Source: Aeriscardovia sp. (GTDB lineage Bacteria > Actinomycetota > Actinomycetes > Actinomycetales > Bifidobacteriaceae). From it: DNA of 24,000 nucleotides. The position numbers were made by a program, and so were the translations under genes. The stretch is taken from assembly GCA_017405305.1 (NCBI GenBank), contig JAFRAT010000018.1, positions 1,248 to 25,247 on the forward strand, in the 5' to 3' direction. A model generated the notes under the pieces. The model was given only the letters and a program-made list of their open reading frames with translations. It had not been told where the DNA came from and did no database searches. Below, in pieces: positions 1-7,010 of the stretch; positions within the stretch are counted from its first letter, which is position 1; each line of letters begins with the position of its first letter.

Positions 1-265
1 GTGACGTTCTGCAGTGGATCGAGGACCAACGCCTGCGGTGACGTCAGGCTTGTGGCGCGGCGGCCGTGCCAAACGGCGCGCCAGCGCGTGACGCCGATGG
101 CGATGACGTTGGCGAAAGCTAGGACGCGGACGCATCGGCGGGGATAATGGATGCCAGGCCGGCTGCCGACGGGCAGCGATGCCGATACTGTTGACGACAA
201 GACGACAAGGACGAGATCGCGCTGGAGGAGCGCGCCATCGAAAACCACGAGGAAAGGCGGATGCT

Positions 266-658
266 ATGGCTGCAACGACGACGAAGAAGACGGATAGGGC
301 CGGCAGAGACCTAGCATCCGCGAAGGACAAGGTCCTTCCGAGCATGGACAAGGTCAACAAAATGATCGACGCCCGCCGGCAAAGCCTGCTGGCGCCGAAG
401 CCAGTCGGCGAACCGAACAAGATCGTGGCGAAGGCAGTGCCGGCGGCGGCGGCATTCGCGGCGACGCAGATCGCCAAAACGCTGTGGAAACGCCAGTCGT
501 CTCAGAAACGCGTGCCCAGCGCCAAGGACGGCGACTCCGGCATCTTCGAACTGCTGGTCTTCACCGTCGTCAGCGGCGTCCTCTCGGCATCGGCGTCCTG
601 GCTGAGCGCGAGGGGAATCGCGTTCCTGGCCAAACACGGCCATCCGCTGAAACAGTGA
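266..658 (+). CDS. small membrane-associated protein, DUF4235-like
   Basis: In frame with track ORF 179..658. The ATG at 266 is preceded by GAGGAAAGG (249-257) at about 8 nt. The pattern 'AAAAFAATQIAKTLWKR...(polar linker)...ELLVFTVVSGVLSASASWLSARG' resembles the two-helix DUF4235 layout as recalled from memory. The 179 start adds an Arg-rich leader that is unlikely to be coding. Confidence 0.5.
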   Translation: MAATTTKKTDRAGRDLASAKDKVLPSMDKVNKMIDARRQSLLAPKPVGEPNKIVAKAVPAAAAFAATQIAKTLWKRQSSQKRVPSAKDGDSGIFELLVFTVVSGVLSASASWLSARGIAFLAKHGHPLKQ

Positions 659-819
659 GGCAGCGAAGCGCTGAAACAGCTGACACGAACGCTCGGAGGC
701 GCGATCGGACGCAGGCGGTCCAGCCTTGGGACAGTCGGGCACCGAACAGCTGCCAGGTCCGGACAGAGCGGATCCGGGCCGATTCCCGATCGACGGCCAG
801 CAGCCAGCACAGCGCAGAC

Positions 820-885
820 GAAAGCCCCGCGTCCCGTTCCAAGAGACAGGCGATGACCCGCTTGGGAACAGGACACGGGGCTTTC
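820..885. terminator. long imperfect hairpin between convergent genes, probably a bidirectional terminator
   Basis: GAAAGCCCCGCGTCCCGTTCCAAG (820-843) pairs with CTTGGGAACAGGACACGGGGCTTTC (861-885). About 22 bp pair, with 2 mismatches and 1 bulge. AAA/TTT at the stem base gives a short U-run on either strand. It lies between the 658 stop (+) and the 919 stop (-). Confidence 0.55.
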
Positions 886-918
886 AGGTATTCCGGGACG
901 CGGAATCCGCCAGCACCG

Positions 919-1689
919 TCAGTCGGCGCCGGAATCGGCGTCCTCCGGCCGGCCGGCCGGACCAGCATCAAAGGAATCAGCCGAGAACGAACCCGGATCC
1001 GCGCCGTCGGCATCAGACGCCTCCGGCTTCTTCGACTTCGATTTCGATTTCGACAGGGACGGCGCGTCCGTGTCGGCGAACAGCAACACCGGATCGGCAT
1101 CCATGCGGCTCAGGCCGCGCCAAGCGAGGTTGACGATATAGCTGGCCAGCCGTTCCTTGCTGGGCTTGCGATGGTCGGACCAATACTGGCCGGTGAAAAC
1201 GATCATGCCCACCAGCATCTGAGCGTAGTACTGCGCGCTCTTGACCGGGATGCCGTGCTTGGGGAACGACGCCGCCAGCAGATCCTCGACGCGAGCGCTG
1301 ATATCGCCGAGCAGGGAACTGAAGGAGCTGTCGGGCCGGGTGGCCGGCGAATCGCGCACGAGAATCTGAAACCCCTCGGAATTCTCTTCGATGTACGTGA
1401 GGAACGCGACCGTCGCCTTCTCCACCAGCTCGCGCGGCCGGTCATCGCGGTTGCTCAGAGCGGTGTTCAGCGCGGTGGTCAAGGTCTGCATCTCCCGGTC
1501 GACAACGACGGCGTACAAACCCTCCTTGCCGCCGAAATGCTCGTAGACGATCGGCTTGCTGATTTTCGCCGCCTTGGCGATTTCCTCGATGCTGACGATC
1601 CTGAAGCCCTCCTTGGCGAACAAAGAGCGGCCCACTCGGATCAACTGTTCCCGGCGCTCGCCGGAAGTCATTCGTGAAGTGCGTGCCAT
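919..1689 (-). CDS. TetR/AcrR family transcriptional regulator with a low-complexity acidic and SK-repeat C-terminal tail
   Basis: 256 aa ORF. The N-terminal HTH 'RREQLIRVGRSLFAKEGFRIVSIEEIAKAAKISKPIVYEHFGGKEGLY' is a typical TetR_N domain. The tail contains SKSKSKSKK followed by a D/A/G/S-rich stretch. Confidence 0.9.
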   Translation of the reverse strand: MARTSRMTSGERREQLIRVGRSLFAKEGFRIVSIEEIAKAAKISKPIVYEHFGGKEGLYAVVVDREMQTLTTALNTALSNRDDRPRELVEKATVAFLTYIEENSEGFQILVRDSPATRPDSSFSSLLGDISARVEDLLAASFPKHGIPVKSAQYYAQMLVGMIVFTGQYWSDHRKPSKERLASYIVNLAWRGLSRMDADPVLLFADTDAPSLSKSKSKSKKPEASDADGADPGSFSADSFDAGPAGRPEDADSGAD

Positions 1690-1751
1690 GGCTCCAGTCT
1701 CTCACACCGGCGCGGATGGCGTCAGGGGTGGGATAAAGAGGGCTTGCGGCC

Positions 1752-2363
1752 ATGTCGGCGGGGCGGGAAACAGCGGGATTTGTGGTTGTGGGCGCGGCGG
1801 ACGATCGCAAGGACGGCCGTTATGGCAGTATAGAAAGAGTGTGGATTGCATTCGTCGTTTGGTTTCTGGTCATTGCCGTGATAGCCGTCGGCGTGCTGGC
1901 TTTGGCGCATGCGGAGTCGGCGCATGGCACGTTTTCGGCGAGCATTCCTGACGGCCAGGAAGCGGCCGAGCGGCAAGCGAAGGTCGAAGAACAGCGCCGC
2001 GGGTCGGCGAGGGTCGTGGCGCCGGGCATGCGCCTCGCCCCGCGCCGCAAGGTCCAGCCAGGGTCGACAGCTTCTCCGGGCGCGGCCGTCAAGTCGGTCG
2101 TGGCGACGAGCTCCAGCGTCGTCGAGGTCAAGGCGATGATGCAGAAGAAGCCGTCGCCGGTCCAGCGCGCTGCCAGCGCTTCGGCCGCGAAGAACCCGTC
2201 GAGCGTACGCCAGGCGTCCCGTCCGGCGCCGGCGCGCTATCATCCGGGCCTGCTGTCGGTGCCGCTGCCGCAGCGTCGTCAGACCTCCGAGGACGAGGCC
2301 GCGTCGCCGCTGCTGGCGCATCTGGTGTCGAAGACCGAGCAGAAGGAAAACAGCCAGAAGTGA
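1752..2363 (+). CDS. hypothetical single-pass membrane protein (Ala/Ser/Pro/Arg-rich)
   Basis: 203 aa ORF divergent from the TetR gene (62 nt gap). It has one clear TM segment, 'VWIAFVVWFLVIAVIAVGVLALA', and good third-position GC. No family was recognised and the start is uncertain. Confidence 0.45.
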   Translation: MSAGRETAGFVVVGAADDRKDGRYGSIERVWIAFVVWFLVIAVIAVGVLALAHAESAHGTFSASIPDGQEAAERQAKVEEQRRGSARVVAPGMRLAPRRKVQPGSTASPGAAVKSVVATSSSVVEVKAMMQKKPSPVQRAASASAAKNPSSVRQASRPAPARYHPGLLSVPLPQRRQTSEDEAASPLLAHLVSKTEQKENSQK

Positions 2364-2413
2364 CGTTGCCGGCGGCGAAAACCGCTGTCCGTTAAATTCC
2401 CTAGGCTGAAGAT

Positions 2414-3547
2414 ATGGTATCCACGTCGGGAATTATCGCGCTGATTATCGGCGCCATCGTTATCGCCGCGATCGTCATCGCGGCGATTTCCATCTCTATC
2501 ATCAAAAAACGGGCGCGCCGCAACGGCCATGAAGCGGCCTCGGAGAACGAGCCGCAGCCGCGGGAAAGCGGCGGACGGAGCAGCGAGCCGGAGGCGGAGG
2601 CCGGGAAACCGGAATCCAGCCAGTCCCGCCTCGCCCGGTTGCGTTCCCGCCTGGCCGGCAGCGGCCGTTTCGGCCGGTCCTTGTTCATGATCCTCTCGCG
2701 CGACAATCTCGGCGAAGAGGACTGGGAAGACGTCGAGGACACGCTACTGATGGCCGACGTCGGCGCAGACGCGAGCGAGGAGATCGTCGACCAGCTGCGC
2801 GAGGACGCGCGCATCCAGGGCGGCAAAAGCCCGGAGCAGGTGCGCCAGATGCTCAAGGAGAAGCTGCTGGGGGCCGTCGACATCGACGCGACCCGCGCTC
2901 TGGCGGCGGAATCCGCGAGTTTCGAGAAGAACGGCCGTCCGTCCGTCGTCATCATGGTGGGCGTCAACGGCACCGGCAAAACGACGACCGCCGGCAAGCT
3001 GGGCCGTCTGCTGGTGGCCGACGGCAAGAAAGTCGTCATGGCCGCGGCCGACACCTTCCGCGCCGCCGCCGCCGACCAACTGGAGACCTGGGCCAAGCCC
3101 GTGGGCATCCCCGTCGTCCGTTCCGACAAGGACGGCGCCGACCCGGCGTCCGTGGCCTTCGACGGCGTCAAGCAATCGATGCAGCAGCGCGCCGATGTTC
3201 TCATCGTCGATACCGCCGGCCGCTTGCAGAACAAGCAGAACCTCATGGACGAGCTGGGCAAGATCCGCCGCGTCATCGAACGCACCATCCCAGTGGACGA
3301 GGTGCTGCTCGTTCTCGACGCGACGACCGGCCAGAACGGCATGAGGCAAGCATCTGTCTTCGCGCAGGCGATCGGCGTCACCGGCGTCGTGCTCAGCAAG
3401 CTCGACGGCTCCGCCAAGGGCGGCGTCGTCATCGCCGTGCAGCGCAAGTTGGGCGTGCCGGTCAAACTCGTTGGACTGGGAGAAGGGCCGGACGATCTGG
3501 CCGTGTTCGATCCGGAAGGCTTCGTCGACGGCATTCTTGCCGGTTGA
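2414..3547 (+). CDS. ftsY: signal recognition particle receptor FtsY with N-terminal membrane anchor
   Basis: 377 aa. SRP-GTPase motifs are present: 'GVNGTGKTTTAGKL' (G1), 'DTAGRL' (G3), 'LSKLDGSAKGG' (G4/G5 region). The N-terminal hydrophobic segment is 'IIALIIGAIVIAAIVIAAISISII'. Confidence 0.95.
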   Translation: MVSTSGIIALIIGAIVIAAIVIAAISISIIKKRARRNGHEAASENEPQPRESGGRSSEPEAEAGKPESSQSRLARLRSRLAGSGRFGRSLFMILSRDNLGEEDWEDVEDTLLMADVGADASEEIVDQLREDARIQGGKSPEQVRQMLKEKLLGAVDIDATRALAAESASFEKNGRPSVVIMVGVNGTGKTTTAGKLGRLLVADGKKVVMAAADTFRAAAADQLETWAKPVGIPVVRSDKDGADPASVAFDGVKQSMQQRADVLIVDTAGRLQNKQNLMDELGKIRRVIERTIPVDEVLLVLDATTGQNGMRQASVFAQAIGVTGVVLSKLDGSAKGGVVIAVQRKLGVPVKLVGLGEGPDDLAVFDPEGFVDGILAG

Positions 3548-3661
3548 AGGACGGCCGGCCCGGCGGCCTTGCGCCCGAACGGTTTCAGCGCCCGGGGCTT
3601 TGCGTCCTGGATAGTAAGGTAGACGCGGGCAAATCACAACCGCGTCATCGAAAGGACGGAC

Positions 3662-4948
3662 ATGGACAGCGGAAACATAGCGTGGCTCCTCCTCGCCTCC
3701 TGCTTGGCGTTCCTGGTGGTCCCAGGCATCGCTTTCTTCTACGGCGGATTGGTGCGCGTCAAAAGCATCCTCAACATGATCATGCTCTCGGTCGGCTCCA
3801 TCGTCGTCACCGGACTGGTTTGGGTGCTGTGGGGCTGGTCGGTGGCGTTCGGCGGAGGCAACGGCGCCGGCATCGCCGGCAACCCGTTCGCGGGGTTCCT
3901 GCTGCATGACGCCATCGGCTCCAAGGACGGCCAGTTCGTGGCGTTCGATTCGAAGGGATCGCTGTACTCCTGCATCGGCATCGCTTTCGAATGCGTGCTG
4001 GCGATGATCGCCATCGCGGTCGTCTCCGGCGCCGTGGCCGAACGCGTCAAATTCAGCACCTGGCTGGTGTTCGTTGCCGTCTGGGTGACCGTGGTTTACG
4101 CGCCGCTGGCGCACATGGAGTGGAACCCCAACGGGCTGCTGTCGTCCGACGGCGCGCTGTCCCAGGCCATCGGGGCGCACACCAGCGACATCGCGGGCGG
4201 CGCGCTCATCGGTGTGGGTTCGGCTGTGTCGGCGATGATGATCGTGCTCATCATCGGTCGCCGGCGCGGCTTCCAGTTCGTGCCGATGAAGCCCCACAAC
4301 CTGCCGCTGACGATGCTGGGCGCGTTCCTCATCTGGTTCGGCTGCTTCGGCCTGACCACCGGTTCGGCGGTGCAGGCCGGCGGCTCCGCCGGCTACGCTT
4401 GGCTGAACACGGTCGTCTGCGCGTCTGCGGCGACGCTGGCCTGGTTGGGCGTCGAGCGCCTGCGCGCTGGCCACTTCACCGCGCTGGGCGCTGCGTCGGG
4501 CATGGTGACCGGCCTGGTCGCCATCCTGCCGGGCGTGACCGTCATGTCCCCGCTGTGGGCGCTGGTGACAGGCGTGCTCGCCGGCATCGCGGCTTGCCTG
4601 TCCGTGAGCGCGAAGTACCGCCTGGGCTATGACGATTCTTTGGACGTCGTGGCGGTCAACGGCGTCGGCGGCATCGTCGGCCTGCTGGCCACGGGCCTGT
4701 TCGCCAATGGCAGCGGCCTGTTCGTGGGCGGCGGGATACGGCTGCTGTTCGCGGAACTCGTTCTGATCTTCTTCGTCATCCTGTACGCCGGCGTGCTCAC
4801 CGGCCTCATCGCTTTCGGTCTCGAGAAGACGCTCGGCTGGCGTGTGGGCGAGACCGAGGAGCTTGCCGGCATCGACATCGTCGACCAGGGCGAGCGCGCG
4901 TATGATTTCGAGGATTCGATGAATTCCGTCATCAAGGAGGCGAAGTGA
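3662..4948 (+). CDS. amt: ammonium transporter (Amt family)
   Basis: 428 aa polytopic protein. 'LVVPGIAFFYGGLVRVKS' and 'LIWFGCFGLTTGS' resemble Amt/MEP signatures. It is followed directly by a PII gene, as in amtB-glnK operons. Confidence 0.93.
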   Translation: MDSGNIAWLLLASCLAFLVVPGIAFFYGGLVRVKSILNMIMLSVGSIVVTGLVWVLWGWSVAFGGGNGAGIAGNPFAGFLLHDAIGSKDGQFVAFDSKGSLYSCIGIAFECVLAMIAIAVVSGAVAERVKFSTWLVFVAVWVTVVYAPLAHMEWNPNGLLSSDGALSQAIGAHTSDIAGGALIGVGSAVSAMMIVLIIGRRRGFQFVPMKPHNLPLTMLGAFLIWFGCFGLTTGSAVQAGGSAGYAWLNTVVCASAATLAWLGVERLRAGHFTALGAASGMVTGLVAILPGVTVMSPLWALVTGVLAGIAACLSVSAKYRLGYDDSLDVVAVNGVGGIVGLLATGLFANGSGLFVGGGIRLLFAELVLIFFVILYAGVLTGLIAFGLEKTLGWRVGETEELAGIDIVDQGERAYDFEDSMNSVIKEAK

Positions 4949-5286
4949 TGAAACTCGTGACGGCCATCATCCGCACGTCCCGTCTGGATCAGGTCAAGGC
5001 GGCGCTGGCGACGGTCGGCGTGCAGGGCTTCACCGTGACGCAGGCCGGCGGCTTCGGCGAGCAGCAGGGCCATGCGGAGATCTACCGCGGGGCGCGCTAC
5101 AACGTCGACTTCCTGCCGCGCTTGCATGTTGACGTCATCGCGTCCGACGAGGACGCCGCAACGATCCAGCAGGCCATCGTCGCCGCGGCTTGCACGGGTT
5201 CGATCGGCGACGGCATCACGTGGATCATGCCGCTGGACTCCGTGATGCATATCCGCGACGGCAAGGAGGGCGCGGCTTCCTTGTAA
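4948..5286 (+). CDS. glnK: nitrogen regulatory protein PII (GlnK/GlnB family), divergent effector-site residues
   Basis: 'MKLVTAIIR...GFTVTQAGGFGEQQGHAEIYRGARYNVDFLP...TGSIGDGITWIMP' is a PII fold with the T-loop Tyr51 retained. I chose the ATG at 4948 (AAGGAGG at 4934-4940, 7 nt spacing). It overlaps the amt stop by 1 nt. The track start at 4945 is a GTG one codon upstream. Confidence 0.9.
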   Translation: MKLVTAIIRTSRLDQVKAALATVGVQGFTVTQAGGFGEQQGHAEIYRGARYNVDFLPRLHVDVIASDEDAATIQQAIVAAACTGSIGDGITWIMPLDSVMHIRDGKEGAASL

Positions 5287-5313
5287 GGCGCGTGTTGAGC
5301 GGGAAGCGAACGA

Positions 5314-5344
5314 GGGCGGCGGGCCATCCGACCCGCCGCCCTTT
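5314..5344 (+). terminator. rho-independent terminator after glnK
   Basis: Perfect 10-bp GC stem: GGGCGGCGGG (5314-5323) and CCCGCCGCCC (5332-5341), with an 8-nt loop, followed by TTT (5342-5344). The U-tract is short. Confidence 0.6.
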
Positions 5345-5360
5345 CGCATGCGCGGGAACC

Positions 5361-5370
5361 GGGGGGGGGG
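5361..5370. repeat. G10 homopolymer tract
   Basis: Ten consecutive G residues read directly at 5361-5370, in the glnK-dnaB intergenic region. Confidence 0.95.
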
Positions 5371-5444
5371 CAGGACTGCGCGGAAAACGGAAGCCGGGTG
5401 GGGACAGCGCAGCGGCGGCCGGCTGCCAGTGCGCTGTAAACAGG

Positions 5445-5581
5445 TTTTCCACCAAGTTATCCCCCTATTGTGGAAAACTTTGTGGATTACTCGGCGATAG
5501 GGCGCCGTTATTGTGGACAACTGTCGGATAAGAACGGTGTTATGCACAAAACCGATGCGGAAGCAGGAGGAATTATTCACA
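5445..5581. promoter_or_regulatory. cluster of seven DnaA-box-like 9-mers in an AT-rich gap upstream of dnaB
   Basis: Compared against TTATCCACA / TGTGGATAA. TTTTCCACC 5445-5453 (2 mismatches). TTATCCCCC 5457-5465 (2 mismatches). TGTGGAAAA 5469-5477 (1). TGTGGATTA 5481-5489 (1). TGTGGACAA 5512-5520 (1, equivalent to the actinobacterial TTGTCCACA form). TTATGCACA 5540-5548 (1). TTATTCACA 5573-5581 (1). Local GC is visibly well below the window average. Confidence 0.7.
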
Positions 5582-5657
5582 ATTCGGCCGCTCTTTTTCG
5601 AATCGCGGATAGCCTTTCGAGGCTTTTTCGTAACGGGTGCTCCGTAAAATCGAAGGC

Positions 5658-7010
5658 ATGAGTTCTGAATCCTCCCTGTTCGACCGCGTCCCGCCGCACG
5701 ACGACGCCGCAGAAATGGCGACGCTGGGCGGCGGGATGCTCAGCGCGGACGCAGTCGGCGAGGTTACGGAGATCCTGGACGCGTCGGACTTCTACCAGCC
5801 GCGGCACCAGATCATCTTCCAGGCCATGGCCAGCCTCTTCGCCAACGGGCAGCGCGTGGACCCGGTCCTCGTCAGCGACGCGCTCAAACAGATGGGCGAA
5901 CTGGAAAAAGTCGGCGGCATCGACTACCTCTCAAGCCTCGTGGACTCCGTGCCGACAGCCGCGAACGCCGTCTTCTACGCGCAGATCGTGCATGACAACG
6001 CCCTGCTGCGCAGCGTCATCACGGCTGGCACGAAAATCGCCCAGCTGGGGTATTCGGCTGGCGCGGCGCGCGCGGAGGACATCGTCAACATGGCGCAGTC
6101 CGAGGCCTACGAGATGGGCAGCGGCAAGGTGCGCCAGGACTACCAGACCATCGGCGCGGTCTCCGACGCGACGCTCGCCCAAATCAACAGCATCCAGAAC
6201 GGCCAGGTCAGTCGCGGCGTGGCCACGGGCTTCCGGAGCATCGACCAGGTGACGCAAGGCTTGCAGCCCGGACAACTGGTCATCGTGGCGGGCCGTCCGG
6301 CCATGGGCAAATCGACACTGGGCATGGACTTCGCGCGGCACGCCGCCCTCAACCCGCACCCGGTGGCGACCATCGTGTTCTCCCTGGAGATGAGCAAAAG
6401 CGAAATCGCGCAACGCGTGCTCTCGGCCGAGTCCGACATCCCGCTGACGGCGCTGCGCCAAGCGAACCTTACCCCGGAGAACTGGGGACGCCTCAACGAG
6501 ACCCTCGACCGCATCAAGGACGCGCCGCTCTACCTGGACGATTCGCCGAACATGAGCCTGATGGAGATCCGCGCCAAATGCCGGCGCCTCAAGCAGACGC
6601 AGGACCTGGGGCTGGTCGTCGTCGACTACCTTCAGCTGATGAGCTCCGCCAAGCCGGTCGAATCCCGCCAGCAGGAAGTCTCGGAGTTCTCGCGCGCGTT
6701 GAAGCTGCTGGCCAAAGAACTGAACGTGCCGGTCGTGGCCCTCTCCCAGCTCAACCGCGGTCCGGAGATGCGTCAGGACAAGCGGCCGATGCTTTCGGAC
6801 CTGCGCGAGTCGGGGTCCATCGAACAGGACGCGGACGTGGTGTTCCTCGTCCATCGGCCGGACGTCTACGACAAAGAGGACCGCCCGGGCGAGGCAGACA
6901 TCATCCTGGCCAAACACCGCAACGGCCCGACCGACACGTTCACGCTCGCGTTCTGGGGCGCGACATCGAAGTTCAAAGACATGCCGGGCGATATTCCGCA
7001 GGGGGTATGA
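5658..7010 (+). CDS. dnaB: replicative DNA helicase DnaB
   Basis: The N-terminal domain begins 'FDRVPPHDDAAEMATLGGGML'. Walker A is 'GRPAMGKSTLGMD'. 'LVVVDYLQLM' and 'ALSQLNR' are also present, and the C-terminus is typical of DnaB. The start is either the ATG at 5658 or the GTG at 5637 (track), and this is unresolved. Confidence 0.93.
   Translation: MSSESSLFDRVPPHDDAAEMATLGGGMLSADAVGEVTEILDASDFYQPRHQIIFQAMASLFANGQRVDPVLVSDALKQMGELEKVGGIDYLSSLVDSVPTAANAVFYAQIVHDNALLRSVITAGTKIAQLGYSAGAARAEDIVNMAQSEAYEMGSGKVRQDYQTIGAVSDATLAQINSIQNGQVSRGVATGFRSIDQVTQGLQPGQLVIVAGRPAMGKSTLGMDFARHAALNPHPVATIVFSLEMSKSEIAQRVLSAESDIPLTALRQANLTPENWGRLNETLDRIKDAPLYLDDSPNMSLMEIRAKCRRLKQTQDLGLVVVDYLQLMSSAKPVESRQQEVSEFSRALKLLAKELNVPVVALSQLNRGPEMRQDKRPMLSDLRESGSIEQDADVVFLVHRPDVYDKEDRPGEADIILAKHRNGPTDTFTLAFWGATSKFKDMPGDIPQGV

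Noticed and set aside
1-178. A possible 3' end of a plus-strand gene (frame 3, '...DVLQWIEDQRLR*', stop at 39-41), or a minus-strand ORF running off the left edge
   Set aside because: It is too short to assign: 12 codons on the plus strand, and the minus-strand frame has no clear start or motif. It may be real but cannot be supported from this window.
2401-4474. Long minus-strand ORFs (2401..3534, 377 aa; 2744..4474, 576 aa) opposite ftsY and amt
   Set aside because: They mirror well-supported plus-strand genes. Their translations are Arg/Ala/Pro/Gly-rich low-complexity sequence with no motifs. This is the typical antisense open frame of high-GC DNA.
5470-5661. The 63-aa ORF within the DnaA-box region, preceded by AGGAGG at 5565-5570
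   Set aside because: The ORF spans the AT-rich box cluster and its composition reflects the boxes rather than coding bias. The AGGAGG is not positioned before its start.
6578-7006. Upstream extensions of track ORFs: murT from 6578, gatD from 8176, crcB from 9884 and 9814, the DUF4235-like gene from 179, nrdJ from 18677, ATPase from 15381
   Set aside because: The extensions overlap the preceding genes or noncoding leaders. They encode Arg/Pro-rich or AT-rich implausible sequence. Downstream ATGs with Shine-Dalgarno sequences or ATGA coupling fit the known protein N-termini.
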